Shown here one piece after another: positions 1-11,760 of a DNA stretch of 64,000 nucleotides. The translations under genes and the position numbers were made by a program. The stretch's first letter is position 1; each line of letters begins with the position of its first letter. This DNA comes from Squalus acanthias (taxonomy: Eukaryota). The notes below the pieces were generated by a model. That model had not been told where the DNA came from. It did no database searches and worked only from the letters and a program-made list of their open reading frames with translations. The DNA lies in NCBI GenBank assembly GCA_030390025.1, contig CM059446.1:56296001-56360000 (forward strand), given 5' to 3'.

Positions 1-287
1 AAAAAAATACTTAATTCACTACTTACCTTCTTAAAAGTGGGTCTTACTCCTCCTTTTTACATTTCTAAAATCTTCAGTACTTACCTGAGCGTCCAAAGCA
101 TGAAGTGCACAGCGTGCGCGCAGCCTGTAGCGCGCACGCGATGCACCGAGGAACCGCCCCCTTTTCAAAAGAGCAATTGCCGGTTTTCAGCGCATGCGCA
201 GGGCATGCAGAAAACCGGCAATTGGAGTGGGAATACGCGAGAGTACGCAGTGCGTACTCTCGCGTCGCGGGATCAATTTCTGGGCCA
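1..287. mobile_element. Right end of a GC/CpG-rich PIF/Harbinger-type MITE
   Basis: Terminal AATTTCTGGGCC resembles the TIRs of other MITEs here; internal palindromes 174-224 and 235-265; abuts a Deu-SINE half. Confidence 0.6.
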
Positions 288-292
288 TAATT

Positions 293-485
293 TCCAGGAC
301 ACTGGGGAGAACTCCACTGCTCTTCTTTGAATAATGTCATGGGATCTTTTACATCCACCTGAGAGGGTAGATATGGGCCTTGGTTTAACATCGTATCCAA
401 AAGACGGCACCTCAGACAGTGCAGCAACTCCCTCAGTACTGCACTGTAGTGTCAGTCTAGATTGTGTTCAAGTCTCTGGAGTGGG
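293..485 (-). mobile_element. Deu-domain SINE (SacSINE1-like) partial copy
   Basis: Colinear with the full copy at 17121-17586. Confidence 0.8.
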
Positions 486-514
486 TTATGCCCCCCATGT
501 TAAACAGTGTGCTG

Positions 515-630
515 ATGTTCACTGTCTAGGCTCACACATGAAGCTGGCCGCTTGGCGTGGAACCGTATACCAAGAAGAGTCAGCACTTTCAGGAGAGGAG
601 GGGAGAGAAAAGGAAGAAATTTGGAAAAAA
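515..630 (+). mobile_element. AmnSINE2-like SINE 3' fragment
   Basis: cactgtctaggctcacacatgaag...ttcaggagaggagggg is shared with many copies in the window. Confidence 0.6.
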
Positions 631-724
631 ATTAAGAACTTTAATAGTTTTGATCTGTGCCTATCAAGCAGTTGCTGCTTCATGTGAGAGTTGGAGGAAA
701 TGCTGGGAAAACATTTTTTTACTG

Positions 725-1028
725 CAATGGTTTTCAAACTTTTCTATGTGGGGAGACCCTCTGCAAATATTGACACACTCTCAGGAACCCTTGTCCTAAC
801 TTCTGAAAGACAGTGGCAGCTACTCGAAGGAAAGCAGTAGTATCAATTTAGAAAATAATTTTAATTAGTGCACAGCAACAGAAATAAGTCATCAAATACA
901 TAAGAGAATTCTCAAGACACTATTCTCATAGCGTGCGGTATGCTCGGTCTCAGATAGACAGAAATCTGATGACCCCCAGACTCTCTGGGATTTCATGGGG
1001 TCTGGAGATCCCAGTTTGAAAATCTATG
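725..1028. mobile_element. Degenerate hAT-like MITE
   Basis: Imperfect TIRs CAATGGTTTTCAAACT / AGTTTGAAAATCTATG; no clear TSD. Confidence 0.45.
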
Positions 1029-2224
1029 CTGTACAATCGATTGGTTAGAAAACACTTGAACTGCACAGAGACAGGAACATATTAATGACCCCAATTTTAA
1101 CCTAAACTTCAATTCGGTTGGGATATAAATCCAAACCCATCCTGTCCCCCCACGCGGGTTAGCTTTAAATCGGGCCTGTTGTATTCCATCAAACACTTAT
1201 TTCTAGTTTATAATTACATTCAAAACTAACTAAACACAGATGTAAAGTTGATGATTAAGTTAATATAGTACTTAGATCTTCGTAGACTTATTTGCTTTGA
1301 AATGAAGAGTTGAAAGTTCCACATACCAGTTAGTTGCAGAGGCTGGAAAATGAGTAACACTTGAACATTTATCCTCCCCTCTCCAAACCCTCGTGGTTCT
1401 TCTCCGTTTTTATTTTGGCTGAACCTTTGTGGTGTGTCTCACCAACCAGCGGTTTGTCTACACCAAAGGTGGACTGTGCCCAAATCAAGCCACTCATTTC
1501 TGGATATTCATTTGTCTCACTGACAGACCTTTCTACTTGGAAAAAACTCTTACCCAGGTGAAAACCTGGGTTTCAGAGGCTGCTTTAGGCTTCCAGAAGC
1601 TTTGGAATTCCAGATAACTGCAGATGCAATCTGAGGTATATCAGGGACTTGAAGGCACCCCCCCTTTCCTTTTCTCTCTTTGCTTTCATTGGGCAGTGCC
1701 ATCCATGCTCCAGGGCACCTTCACCAGCTAAACTCATCCACCCGCCTCAGTCTTTCTTTGGTTGATTGACTCCGTGTCCTAGCTCTTGATTGTGACTGGC
1801 AAAATCTGCTCTGCTGATCTCAGCAAGCTGCTGCCTTTCCTAGGTTGGATGGTTGATAACATAGACATAGAAGTGGGGGCCCAGGCTCAGATAGTTTTTG
1901 GAACGAGTAAGAGAATCTTGCAATTTGGTTAGACATGGAGACTCCACTTGTCAATGTCACACAGTAAGTGGTATTAATCTTGTAGGTCTGCCCTTGGACA
2001 AATCCTGGAATTGTCAACATCCAGAGTGTATGACAAAGCATACAGGGCGTTTTGTTGCTACAAACACTGTCATTGATAGAAATACGAGGTGGGAGAAGGT
2101 TTTTTTTAATTTTTATTAACGTAACTTTTTTTTGGGTGAGGTGAAAGGAATTTTTCAAGCAATAGATAAGACAATCCAATCCAATGGCTCAAATCAACAG
2201 CAGCAGAGTGAGGCTTACTGTTTT

Positions 2225-2530
2225 CGAGTGGCAGGTGGGTCTATAATCAAAGGACACAAATTTAAGGTAATTGGCAAAAGAGCCAGGAGGGAGAGGAAGA
2301 GAATTTTTTTTAATGCAACGAGTTGTGATGATCTGGAATGCGCAGCCTGCAAGGGTGGAGGAAGCAGATTCAATAGTAACGTTCAAAAGGGAATTGGATA
2401 TATACTTGAAAAGGAAAAATTTGCAGGGCTATGGGGAAAGAGCGGGGGAGTGGGACTAATTGGAGAGCTCTTTCAAAGGCATGACGGGCCGAATGGCTTC
2501 CTTCTATGCTGTAAGGTTTTATGATTCCAA
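2225..2530 (+). mobile_element. CR1/HER1 LINE 3' fragment
   Basis: KGHKFKV...FF.QRVV.IWN...FKRELD ORF2 C-terminal motifs plus 3' tail. Confidence 0.85.
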
Positions 2531-2706
2531 GAACAAGGTCCAGAGCGAGAAAAGGCTAATCAGGCCTTCCAGCCCGGTCCATCCATTTGGCATTCTACAT
2601 CCAAGGATTCCTGTGGTAGAGCCAACCAGAGAGAGGGCACAGCCTTGAAATGCAAAAGTGAGAAGTCGCACAACACCAGGTTATAGTCCAACAGTTTTAT
2701 TTGAAA

Positions 2707-2744
2707 TCACAAGCTTTCGGAGCGGCTGCTCCTTCGTCAGGTGA
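2707..2744 (-). ncRNA. Minimal type I hammerhead ribozyme motif (mirror copy)
   Basis: Exact reverse complement of 3145-3182. Confidence 0.75.
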
Positions 2745-3144
2745 AGTGAAGGAATACAAAATCGACAAAGAATATATAGATAGAGAACAATGCATGTGTA
2801 ACTTACAATGGCAGACGACTACATTTAATCCTCCTGACTGTTTATCTGCCGAGGCGTGACAAAAGGCAATCAGGTCAGCCAGGAAGGCACCACATCAAAG
2901 ACATAGCAAGATACAACTGAGACAATGAGGTGGGGTTACAGGGGGTCCTGTAACCCCACCTCATTGTCTCAGTTGTATCTTGCTATGTCTTTGATGTGGT
3001 GCCTTCCTGGCTGACCTGATTGCCTTTTGTCACACCTCGGCAGATAAACAGTCAGGAGGATTAAATGTAGTCGTCTGCCATTGTAAGTTACACATGCATT
3101 GTTCTCTATCTATATATGCTTTGTCAATTTTGTATTCCTTCACT

Positions 3145-3182
3145 TCACCTGACGAAGGAGCAGCCGCTCCGAAAGCTTGTGA
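3145..3182 (+). ncRNA. Minimal type I hammerhead ribozyme motif
   Basis: UCAC-CUGACGA-A-GGAGC(AGCC)GCUCC-GAA-AGCU-U-GUGA: stem I UCAC/GUGA, core CUGANGA and GAAA, 5-bp stem II, palindromic AGCU stem III. Confidence 0.75.
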
Positions 3183-3529
3183 TTTCAAATAAAACTGTTG
3201 GACTATAACCTGGTGTTGTGCGACTTCTCACTTTTGTCCACCCCAGTCCAACACCGGCATCTCCGCATCATGACCACTATTGAAATGCAAAGCATGACTC
3301 AAGTAAGTTAAAGCTAAAGTCAGGCTGGATCTACATGCAGCCCCATTTCTAACAATGTATAATATTGAACAATTACATTTATAAAATGTTCAGCCTAGTT
3401 TTACTACTTATGTAGCTAGAAAGAGAGACAAAAAAACAATCTTAGTAAAAGGGAGTGTCAAGAAACACTTCAATAGATGTTTAATGATGAAGAGTTCTTG
3501 CATATTTTGGAGTATGTTTGTGCTTACAT

Positions 3530-4170
3530 AGTATTTACAGCACAGAAACAGGCCATTTGGCCCAACAGGTCTATGCCGGTGTTTATGCTCCACTCGAGCC
3601 TCCTCCCACCCCTCTTCATCCATCCCAATTAACATATTCTTCTATTCCTTTTCCCCCCCTCATGTGTTTATCTAGCTTCTCCTTAAATGCATCTATGTTA
3701 TTCAGCTCAACTACTCCTTGATGGAGAGTTCCACCTTCTAACCACTGTCTGGATAAAGAAGTTTCTCCTGAATTCCCTATTGGATTTATTAGTGGCTATC
3801 TTATATTTATGCCCCTTAGTTCTGGTCTCCTCTGCAAGTGGAAACATCTTCTTTACGTCTACCCAATCATAATCTTGAAACCCTCCAGGTCACCCCTCAG
3901 TCTTCTCTTTTCTAGAGAAGAGAAGGAGCCCCAGCCTGTTCAATCTTTCTTGTTAAGTATAATCTCTCAGTTCTGGTATCATCCTAGGAAATGTTTTTTG
4001 CACCTTCTCCAGTGTCTTTATATCCTTTTTATAAATATGGAGACCAGAACTGCTCACAGTGCTCCCAAGTGTGGTCTAACCAAGGTTCTATATAAGTTTA
4101 ACAATTTCTCTGCTTTTCAATTCTATCCCTCTAGAAATGAACCCCAGTGCTTTGTTTTTTTTATGGCTTT
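3530..4170 (-). mobile_element. CR1/HER1 LINE 3' fragment
   Basis: Reverse-strand CR1 tail (ggccatttggcccaac) and LVRPHLE.C.QFWSP remnant. Confidence 0.85.
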
Positions 4171-5302
4171 ATCTAGTTAAGCCAGTGACATGTGGTTCGT
4201 TTGCTTTCTTTCTTTCTCTTTACCCATTGGGGTCTTGTGGCAGACACTGAGTATTTTGGTTGTCTGGAAGTATATTCTTGCATCACTGAAGCCTGCCTCA
4301 CGCAGAGCTGACTATGGAACGTCAGTGGCAGGATCTGTGGAGATGTCTGCAGGACGGATCATTCCACCCTCTCGACCAGAGAGAGGACCACCGCCATTGT
4401 ACAGGAGACCAACATGTTGAGGGATGTAAAAAAAATAAACAGGGAAAAAAAGAGGTGGGAGAAAAAAAATTGTTTAGAGAGCAAACCATAAACAGAGAAT
4501 ATAAACCAAACTCTTGTTAAAGGATCAGCCTCCACTCATATCGAAGCACCAGCTATAAATTTCACCCCAAAAAGATCTATAAAAACCGACACTTTCTCTT
4601 GGGCGGTAGCTACGCAGCTACACAGAACTACATCTGTCAGAACTCACAAGAAATGGTAAAATGATAAATATAAACGGATAAAAACTCCGCCTAAAGTGTC
4701 TCCTTCCTTCAAGGAAATAAATTTGTCACACTTTAGTCTAGTTCTGTAAGGCAATAGCTCAGTGATCTCATTCATCGTACTGTTAGCTGCCAACAGGCTG
4801 TGACACATGGTGCGATTAAGACAAAGTTAAGTCTATAACTTCTAGTCTGCAACCTTTGTGCTTCCAGTCATGACTGATAGTATTTGCAGTGTGATTTCAG
4901 CTGTTGTATCCCTGTGGCTGGCCCCCTCATGGCCTGCATTCTAAAATGACCAGAAACGGATCTACACAACGTCTGTATTAACAAGCAGCAGTCATTCTGT
5001 CAAACTGCATTTTCCAAACGGTTTCTATATTTTTCTTCTGCTGTGACTACAGGGAAAGGCAACCCATTACTTACAGCAAAGTCCCTTTCTCTGGAGCACT
5101 GGAGCTGGTCATTCTATAGTTTACCACAATGCAATAATTGTCCAATCTGGTATTTGTGTGCGTGTGTATAAAATATCTGCATTACTTTATGACTTTGACA
5201 ACCCAAAACATACATATATAATTTAAAAAAAAGTTTCTCACCTTTTCTCCTAAAGGCTGAATTATAGTCCTAAGGGGCTATTCTTCATATATGAATCATT
5301 AC

Positions 5303-5445
5303 TGTTGTGGGATCTTGCTGTGCGAACATTGGCTGCCGCATTTTCCTGCATTACAACAGTTGACTACAATGTGAAAGTACTTCATTGGCTGTGCAGCGCT
5401 TTGGGACGTCCTGAAATTGTGAAAGGCGCTGCAAGTTCTTTCTTT
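5303..5445 (+). mobile_element. Deu-SINE 3' part
   Basis: cttcattggctgt...gtgaaaggcgct...caagttctttc tail. Confidence 0.7.
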
Positions 5446-5760
5446 AGACGGTGAGTGTTGGCAGGCTATTCAACAACAGGGAGAGGGAGTGATATTGGAC
5501 AAAACTCGATCCTGACCTGATCCAGCATCTGCATTTTCCAGCAGGGCAGGAGTTACTGGACCGTGATTAGGAGCATTGACTGATTTAAAAAAAAACTTTC
5601 CCCTCTCTAGCTAAAGACCAACTGTGGTAGCGAAAAATGTTGCCCTGCCTAAGATCAAATGACTGGTTATAGACAGGGAATTAAACCAGGGAACTTTGGA
5701 TCTGTATGGGCTAGTGGGAGTGCCTTTATTCATTAAGCGATTAGGAGCTCAGCAGCCCAC
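5446..5760 (-). mobile_element. AmnSINE2-like SINE, diverged
   Basis: Colinear with the copies at 17590-18030 and 30555-30890. Confidence 0.55.
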
Positions 5761-5875
5761 TGTTTATATGCTCTTAGTTCCCTCAATTTTCTGTACTAGA
5801 GCTGGAAAGCAATCCACCTATTCTGTAGCTATCTGTGAATCATGTGACTATTATTCTTCGATGATGACGTGTAAT

Positions 5876-6030
5876 AACAACTTGCATTTATATCGCGCGA
5901 TTTTAACATAGTAAAACATCCCAAGGTGCTTTATAGGAGTGTAATCAGACAAAAATTGACAGAGCCAAAGAAGGAGCCATTCGGAGAGGTGGCCAGAGGC
6001 TTGGTCAAAGAGGTAGGTTTTAAGGAGCCT
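5876..6030 (-). mobile_element. L2 LINE 3' end
   Basis: caacttgcatttatat...gtaaaacatcccaagg...ttggtcaaagaggtaggtttt L2-type tail. Confidence 0.65.
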
Positions 6031-6189
6031 AGAAATTACTGTGGGTAATATTAGCTGATGAACATTTAGCGTATTTGCATTCATGATATTCCTCTGCTAT
6101 TTTAACACGTTGGCCTGCCCCTGATCCTGCATGCGAAATGTAGATCCCATGATACAAAACAGGTTATCTGGTTATTTATATAGCAGAGT

Positions 6190-6810
6190 CAACATAGTAA
6201 AACTTCCCAAGGCGCTGTCACAGGAATGCAATCAGACAAAAATTGACACTAAGCCAAAGAAGGAGACATTAGGACAGGTGACAAGAGAGATTGGGTCGAT
6301 TAGGCTTATTTGCTAGAGTTTAGAAGAATGAGAGGGGATCTCATTGAAACTTATAAAATTCTAACAGGACTAGACAGACTAGATGCAGGAAGGCTGTTCC
6401 CGATGGCGGGGAAGTCCAGAACCAGGGGTCACAGTCTAAGGATAAGGGGTAAGCCATTTAGGACTGAGATGAGGAGGAATTTCTTCACCCAGAGAGTGGT
6501 GAACCTGTGGAATTCTCTACCACAGAAGGCAGTTGAGGCCAATTCATTAAATATATTCAAGAAGGAGTTAGATATATTTCATAAGGCTAAGGGGATCAAG
6601 GGATATGGGGAGAAAGCAGGGACAGGGTACTGAATTTGGATGATTAGCCATGATCTCATTAAATGGCGGAGCAGGCTCGAGGGGCCGAATGGCCTACTCC
6701 TGCTCCTATGTTTGACCAAAGAGGGAGGTTTTAAGCAGCATCTTAAAAGAGGAGAGGTGGAGAGACAGAGAGGTTAGGGGTTGGGAATTCCAGAGCTTAG
6801 GGCCCAGACG
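6190..6810 (-). mobile_element. L2 LINE 3' fragment split by a nested CR1 insertion
   Basis: 6190-6283 and 6713-6810 are colinear with the 5876-6030 copy once the CR1 is removed. Confidence 0.6.
6290..6712 (+). mobile_element. CR1/HER1 LINE 3' fragment, well preserved
   Basis: ORF 6310-6633 LEFRRMRGDLIETYKIL...TRGHSLRI...FFTQRVVNLWNSLP is the CR1 ORF2 C-terminus. Confidence 0.92.
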
Positions 6811-8649
6811 TAATCTTTAAGGTCTCCCTCTACACTTAACTCAGTCACATCTGATAAATGCACAGGCACTGTCTTATGGCCCAACCGTGTTGGCTTAAAA
6901 CAGCCGGGGGCTTTGCTCACCTCGCACCTATTACCATGTGTAAAGGTTGATGATCCTGTAGTGTAACAGTATACTCTGTTGCCCTGATAGGCAACCTTAG
7001 TTTTCCTCCATTTTGATGTTACTTGAACCTCACAGTCGGGTGATTCCTCAAATTCGTTGGTTATTAAGTACTGTGGGACATTTGTGAGGACCCGATAAAG
7101 GTGCCATGTAAGTGGCAAAGTTTTTCTACAAGTGTGGTTTAAACCCAAAATTTGGTCATGTTTTACCAGTTCTTGGTGAGCACTTTGGCGCTGCAATTGT
7201 AGAGGAAGGGTTGAGTCTGGCTTAGCTCATCTGGCCAGCCACCGGCATAGCTTCTGGCAAATCATTGCTGCGTCATGGTGCCAGGACTCTCTAAGCCACA
7301 AAGAGAGACACAAGGAAGTTGAGGCTCCAAGATGTTGAAGAAAACAGCAGGGAGCTGCCATCTTCATCCAGGGCTTTACAATTATCAGCTGGCACAATCC
7401 TTTGGCCATTGAGAGTTATCCGGAACACATCCCTGTGAAGGCAGACTGGTGGAAGGCTGGACGAAGATGAGATGATGTGGGGGACAGGCGGAACAGAAAC
7501 AAAAATGAAAACACACTGTGTGTATATCTGCTCGAGTGTGTGTGTGTGCATACGCTGCACGCAAGACTTTTAACAGCCCTAGTTAGGTTCCCTTCCTTAC
7601 TCAACAGGGACCAGGATTTGTTGCTTTAATAATAGCTGGCCTTTCCTAACAAGCCACAAGCTGAGTGTGAAGTCATCATAAATTTGACAGCAAGACATAA
7701 AAGAAGCATTAGAGTTTCCCGAAGAATTGTACTCTGACATTTGGTTACTGTGCCACCAAACTTGGAAAAAAAACAAACCTATGTATATTTCCACAACTGC
7801 GGTTCTCTATTTGAGGCCATTCAGACTTGCATTCGAAGCAATTTTGTACACAGCCAAGTTATAATCTCACCCAATCTTCCTAGGTTATAGAACTGTGGTG
7901 AGGAATGACACAGCAATTAAAATAACAGATCAAGGCAAGAAAATAGCATTAAAATGATATAATACGAGGACACATTGAAAGAGCTCCACTGTATTGTGAC
8001 AGCATCTGATCTAGTTCACATATTACAATAGAAATTAATGGTTAGGAAATGATGATTATCAGTCGCGGAGTGCTTCAGATGGAATTTAATGCATGTATAC
8101 CGTGATTGCAGAATGTTTAATTAAATGTGAAATAATGAAGCTTTCCTCCCAGATAAGCAGATAATGTGACTTAAAACACAAGACAATGTTGTGGGTGGAT
8201 GATATAGCGGCAGTGTGGTCATTCAAAAGGAAAATATAATGAGCATAAAGTGCTTCATAAACACTTATCATACATTGAGTGATTTACATATTGATTTATT
8301 CATTTAGAGAAAAAAAATGGGTTTATTTTGATCTTACCTCACACTGGTAATTAAGAAGTTTATTAAAAATAAGGGTTCAGAAACAAAAAAACTGAAATAA
8401 ACACAATTCCACTGTTCAAACGTTACATAATTGGCATTGGCCAAATGGAGGTGCTTTTGCAAAATTGCCCTAGAAATAATTTAAACTTAAACATACAATC
8501 AGGAAGCCAATTTAAATATAATTTTTTTTAAATTGCTTTTTTGGAGCTGCTCTAAAACATGGGTTTAATAAGTACCAACTTAAAAGCAGTTTCGTATAGG
8601 CATTTTAAAAACTGGAAATTCAGGCTGCCCTGAAGGCTCATGGAAAGAA

Positions 8650-8983
8650 TTACATGGATGGAATTTACAGCACAGAAACAGGCCATTCGGCCCAACCAGT
8701 CCATGCTGGAGTTTATGCTGCACATGAGCCTCCTCCCACCCTACTTGATCTCACCCTATCCTTCTATTCCTTTCTCCCACATGTACTTATCTAGCTTCCC
8801 CTTAAATGCATCTAAGCTAGTCCCCTCAACCACTCCCTGTGGTAGCGAGTTCCACATTCTCACCACTCTCTGGGTAAAGAAGTTTCTGCTGAATTCCCTT
8901 TTGGATTAATTAGTGGCTATCTTATATTTATAGCACATAGTTTTGGACTGCCTCACAAGTGGAAACATCTCTATGTCTACCCT
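8650..8983 (-). mobile_element. CR1/HER1 LINE 3' fragment
   Basis: Same family as 3530-4170 and 16355-16875. Confidence 0.85.
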
Positions 8984-10004
8984 AAGGCTCACCCATGAAG
9001 TATGAGTGCTTGGGTGAGGTACCAGAGTTTAATTGACACTACTGGAACCTTATCCCATTGAGGGAGTCTGTGCCTACAGGAGATGGGCAAAAAAGTGGAA
9101 ATTCTTTAGTATTTGGATCTGTAAAACCCAAACCTTTTGTACCGACTGCTAAATGTCTGTTTAATAATTTATTGGCTCCAGTATAATGATATATACACAC
9201 ATTCAGACCCAAGGCATAGACAGTTACCAGTTACTGTTCTAAAATAACTGAAAACCGGTATACAATTCTAAAGTGATCGGATAAACATGCCGACATATTT
9301 TTCCATTGGAAAGAGATGGCATATAATTTGGATTTACAAAAGCATTATGTTAAACAAATGGCTATGGATTCAAACAATCGATAGCGCTGGCTATACATAG
9401 GGTTTTCCAAGGGTCAGTAAAGTTAGGTGTAAGACTGGAGTGCCCATGCGTGTTTTCTTTGCGAACTGCTAAGGCGTCACATATAAAGTTTAAATCAACG
9501 CTTCGCTCAATGGGTATATATTTCAAGCTCGGAATGCCAAAAAAAAATGTAAATCTTTTGATTTAGCATTTACTCACCAAGGATGTCATAACCCGAATAA
9601 TATCCTTTGCATACCTCCTGGCCCATGAAATTAAAACAGGACAAACTAGCGAGAAAGAACGTGAGTGTAAATAGAACTGATCTGTCTGGGCTTCTTGGGT
9701 TGGGTTGGGTTGCCAAGGCCTATGGCCACACATGGCACACAGGTTGTAGTTTGGAAACCACCGGTCCCAAGTCTGTATTTATTCAGGGTGGAATATGGCG
9801 AAGGAGAGAAGATCAGATCCCAGGACATTACCTGGCATCTTTTACATCCGGTTGCGAACTGGGTAATTAAAGGGATGGGCGGGGCAGAATATTTGATCAG
9901 GATCTTTCTCATTTTGCCAAATAGCACAGATCAAGCTCAGACACCCGAAGGGGGTAATCAGAAGAATACTTGTATATTTGAGATGCGGGGTTGGGGTGGG
10001 CAGG

Positions 10005-10572
10005 TGGTGCGATTTTAACCCTACATGCCTGGAACTAACCGGTTGCAATTATAACCGGCTCTCCTGAGCAGGCGACAAGAACACCTGCCCAAAGCCGGTG
10101 GGGTCTTTTTTTTTTAAAAACATATGCATGTCGGGTCCCGTTGACATTATTGGGGCCCAGCTGCAATTTTAACTCGACGGCCTGAGCGGGAATTGGCAGA
10201 GAGTTTTCCGCCAGGTCAATGCAGCAGTGAAGCTGATCAGGGCCTCAGAGGCCCGAAAGTTAAGTTTTATATTTAAAAAAAAACGTTCCTTGTGGGGCCG
10301 AGAGGAGCAGGAGTGCTGTGGACTTCAAACCCCCTCGCCGCACCCCCACCCCACCAATCGCGGGACCCACCAGGACCTCATTTATCTGCTGCTGGCGGGC
10401 GGCCTCTGGGCTGCGCGATATTTCTACCACTTCCTACCCGGAACGCCAGGCAGGATTTAAAAGAGGCCTGAGAGTTAAAGTATCCTGGGCCTCATTTCTG
10501 GAGCAGCGGGTGAAATTCTAACTCACACCACTCCTCACCCACCAAAAACTGGCCCGGAGTTAAAATCGAGCT
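10005..10572. mobile_element. PIF/Harbinger-type MITE
   Basis: Imperfect TIRs GGTGCGATTTTAAC / GTTAAAATCGAGC around a GC-rich non-coding interior. Confidence 0.55.
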
Positions 10573-10904
10573 GATGATGTCCTGATGTACAATACATGGG
10601 CATTGGTCAACGCGGTCGGCGTATATGCTGTTCACAACAGCAAGGGAGGTCTTATACTTTGTAATGTATAAGGTCACTGATTTACAGTGATTGAATGTGT
10701 CAAATTCCCTTTTTATTACACAATATACTGGGATATTTACCACTTTTTTTAAGGATCAACTTCAACAATTCTGTCCATTTTTGCATGCAAACTATAAATG
10801 GTGTGCCTCTGACATTATTACATGTCCCTTTATCTACATATTTAATTTTTATCTGTTCCTTCTTTCAAAGCCTTGAATACACAAGAAGATGGCAAGCAAC
10901 ATGA

Positions 10905-11760
10905 TTGGAGGTAGGTGCTTATGATTTAGTAGGAGTGAGGAGTGGAGGTGGATGAGCAGCAGTTATGGGGAGGGGGGGGCAGTGTTGTATTTTAGTATCA
11001 TTAGGGAGTGATTCTGGTTTATGCCAGTACTACAGAGGGTAAGTAACCTGGCTTTTGGTTACAGTGGGGGATGGACTTTGAGTTTTGGCTTGCTGGGTAA
11101 TTCTAGGTCTGGCAGTAGTGGAACAGGTGCCAGGGATTGGCTGCATTAGGAAGAGGTGTGACAAGGTCTGGGAGAAGACATTGGGGTCTGTCAGCACTAG
11201 GGGTGGAGCGTCCCAGGATGTAGCAATACCGAGCAGGTTGCTAGGGTCTGGAGTACTGAAGGAAATCTGAAAGTATGTCAAAACTGAGAGATACACCAAG
11301 GTTTGGTAGCAGTGGATTTTGGGGGGCGGGGGCGGGGGCGGGGGCGGGGAGGTTGGAGACTGGGTATTCAGGGGTGTGGCTTAGTTTGGGAGAACTAGGT
11401 AGAGATACTGTCAGTAATGAGGGTACTGTCAGCGTTAGGGTGTGGCAGCACTGCAGGGGTCCTGCGATCTTGGGAGTGCTGGCGGAATCTGCAGTGTGAG
11501 GAGGTCTTAGGGTCTGCATGTACTGCCAGTGGGGGAGGAGGTTGCGGGGAGTCTGGTAGTACTGGAGAATGCAGGGTTTAGAATAGTGGGGTCCCTGGAT
11601 CTAGCAGGCCTGGGAAGTGGTCTCAGGATCTGAGAGTATGGGGAGAGGGGTCCCATTATCTGGAAGCACTGGGAGAGGGTCCCAGAGAACAAAGTGGGGA
11701 GCCAGGTCGCTTATCATAGAGGTTGCAGGCAAACCTGAGAATATGACCTAACCCACCCAG
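10905..11760 (+). repeat. Decayed G-rich tandem repeat with (GGGGGC)n core
   Basis: Recurrent GGTCTGGCAGTACTGG-like units, strong G skew, G-runs at 11321-11349. Confidence 0.6.

Larger units (their letters stand above)
2653..3283 (+). mobile_element. Penelope-like retroelement terminal fragment in fold-back (inverted) configuration
   Basis: Arms 2653-2942 and 2947-3236 are reverse complements (3 mismatches, loop GGGT), followed by an unpaired tail. Flanked by direct repeat TTGAAATGCAAA (2645-2656, 3280-3291). Carries a hammerhead motif typical of PLE pseudo-LTRs. Confidence 0.85.

Noticed and set aside
2653-3236. Palindrome as a DNA-transposon MITE, miRNA precursor or CRISPR-like array
   Set aside because: The asymmetric tail, variable inversion point between the two copies, 12-bp TSD and hammerhead motif fit a Penelope-like retroelement; there is no repeat-spacer structure.
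7291-7450. Peptide resembling a GPI-anchor or hydrophobic C-terminus
   Set aside because: No upstream exons or homology recognised; more likely non-coding.
7601-7760. Possible minus-strand exon (ttccaag ... TGA|gtaagg)
   Set aside because: Weak acceptor, no recognisable peptide, and it lies beyond the MAP2K5 poly(A) signal.
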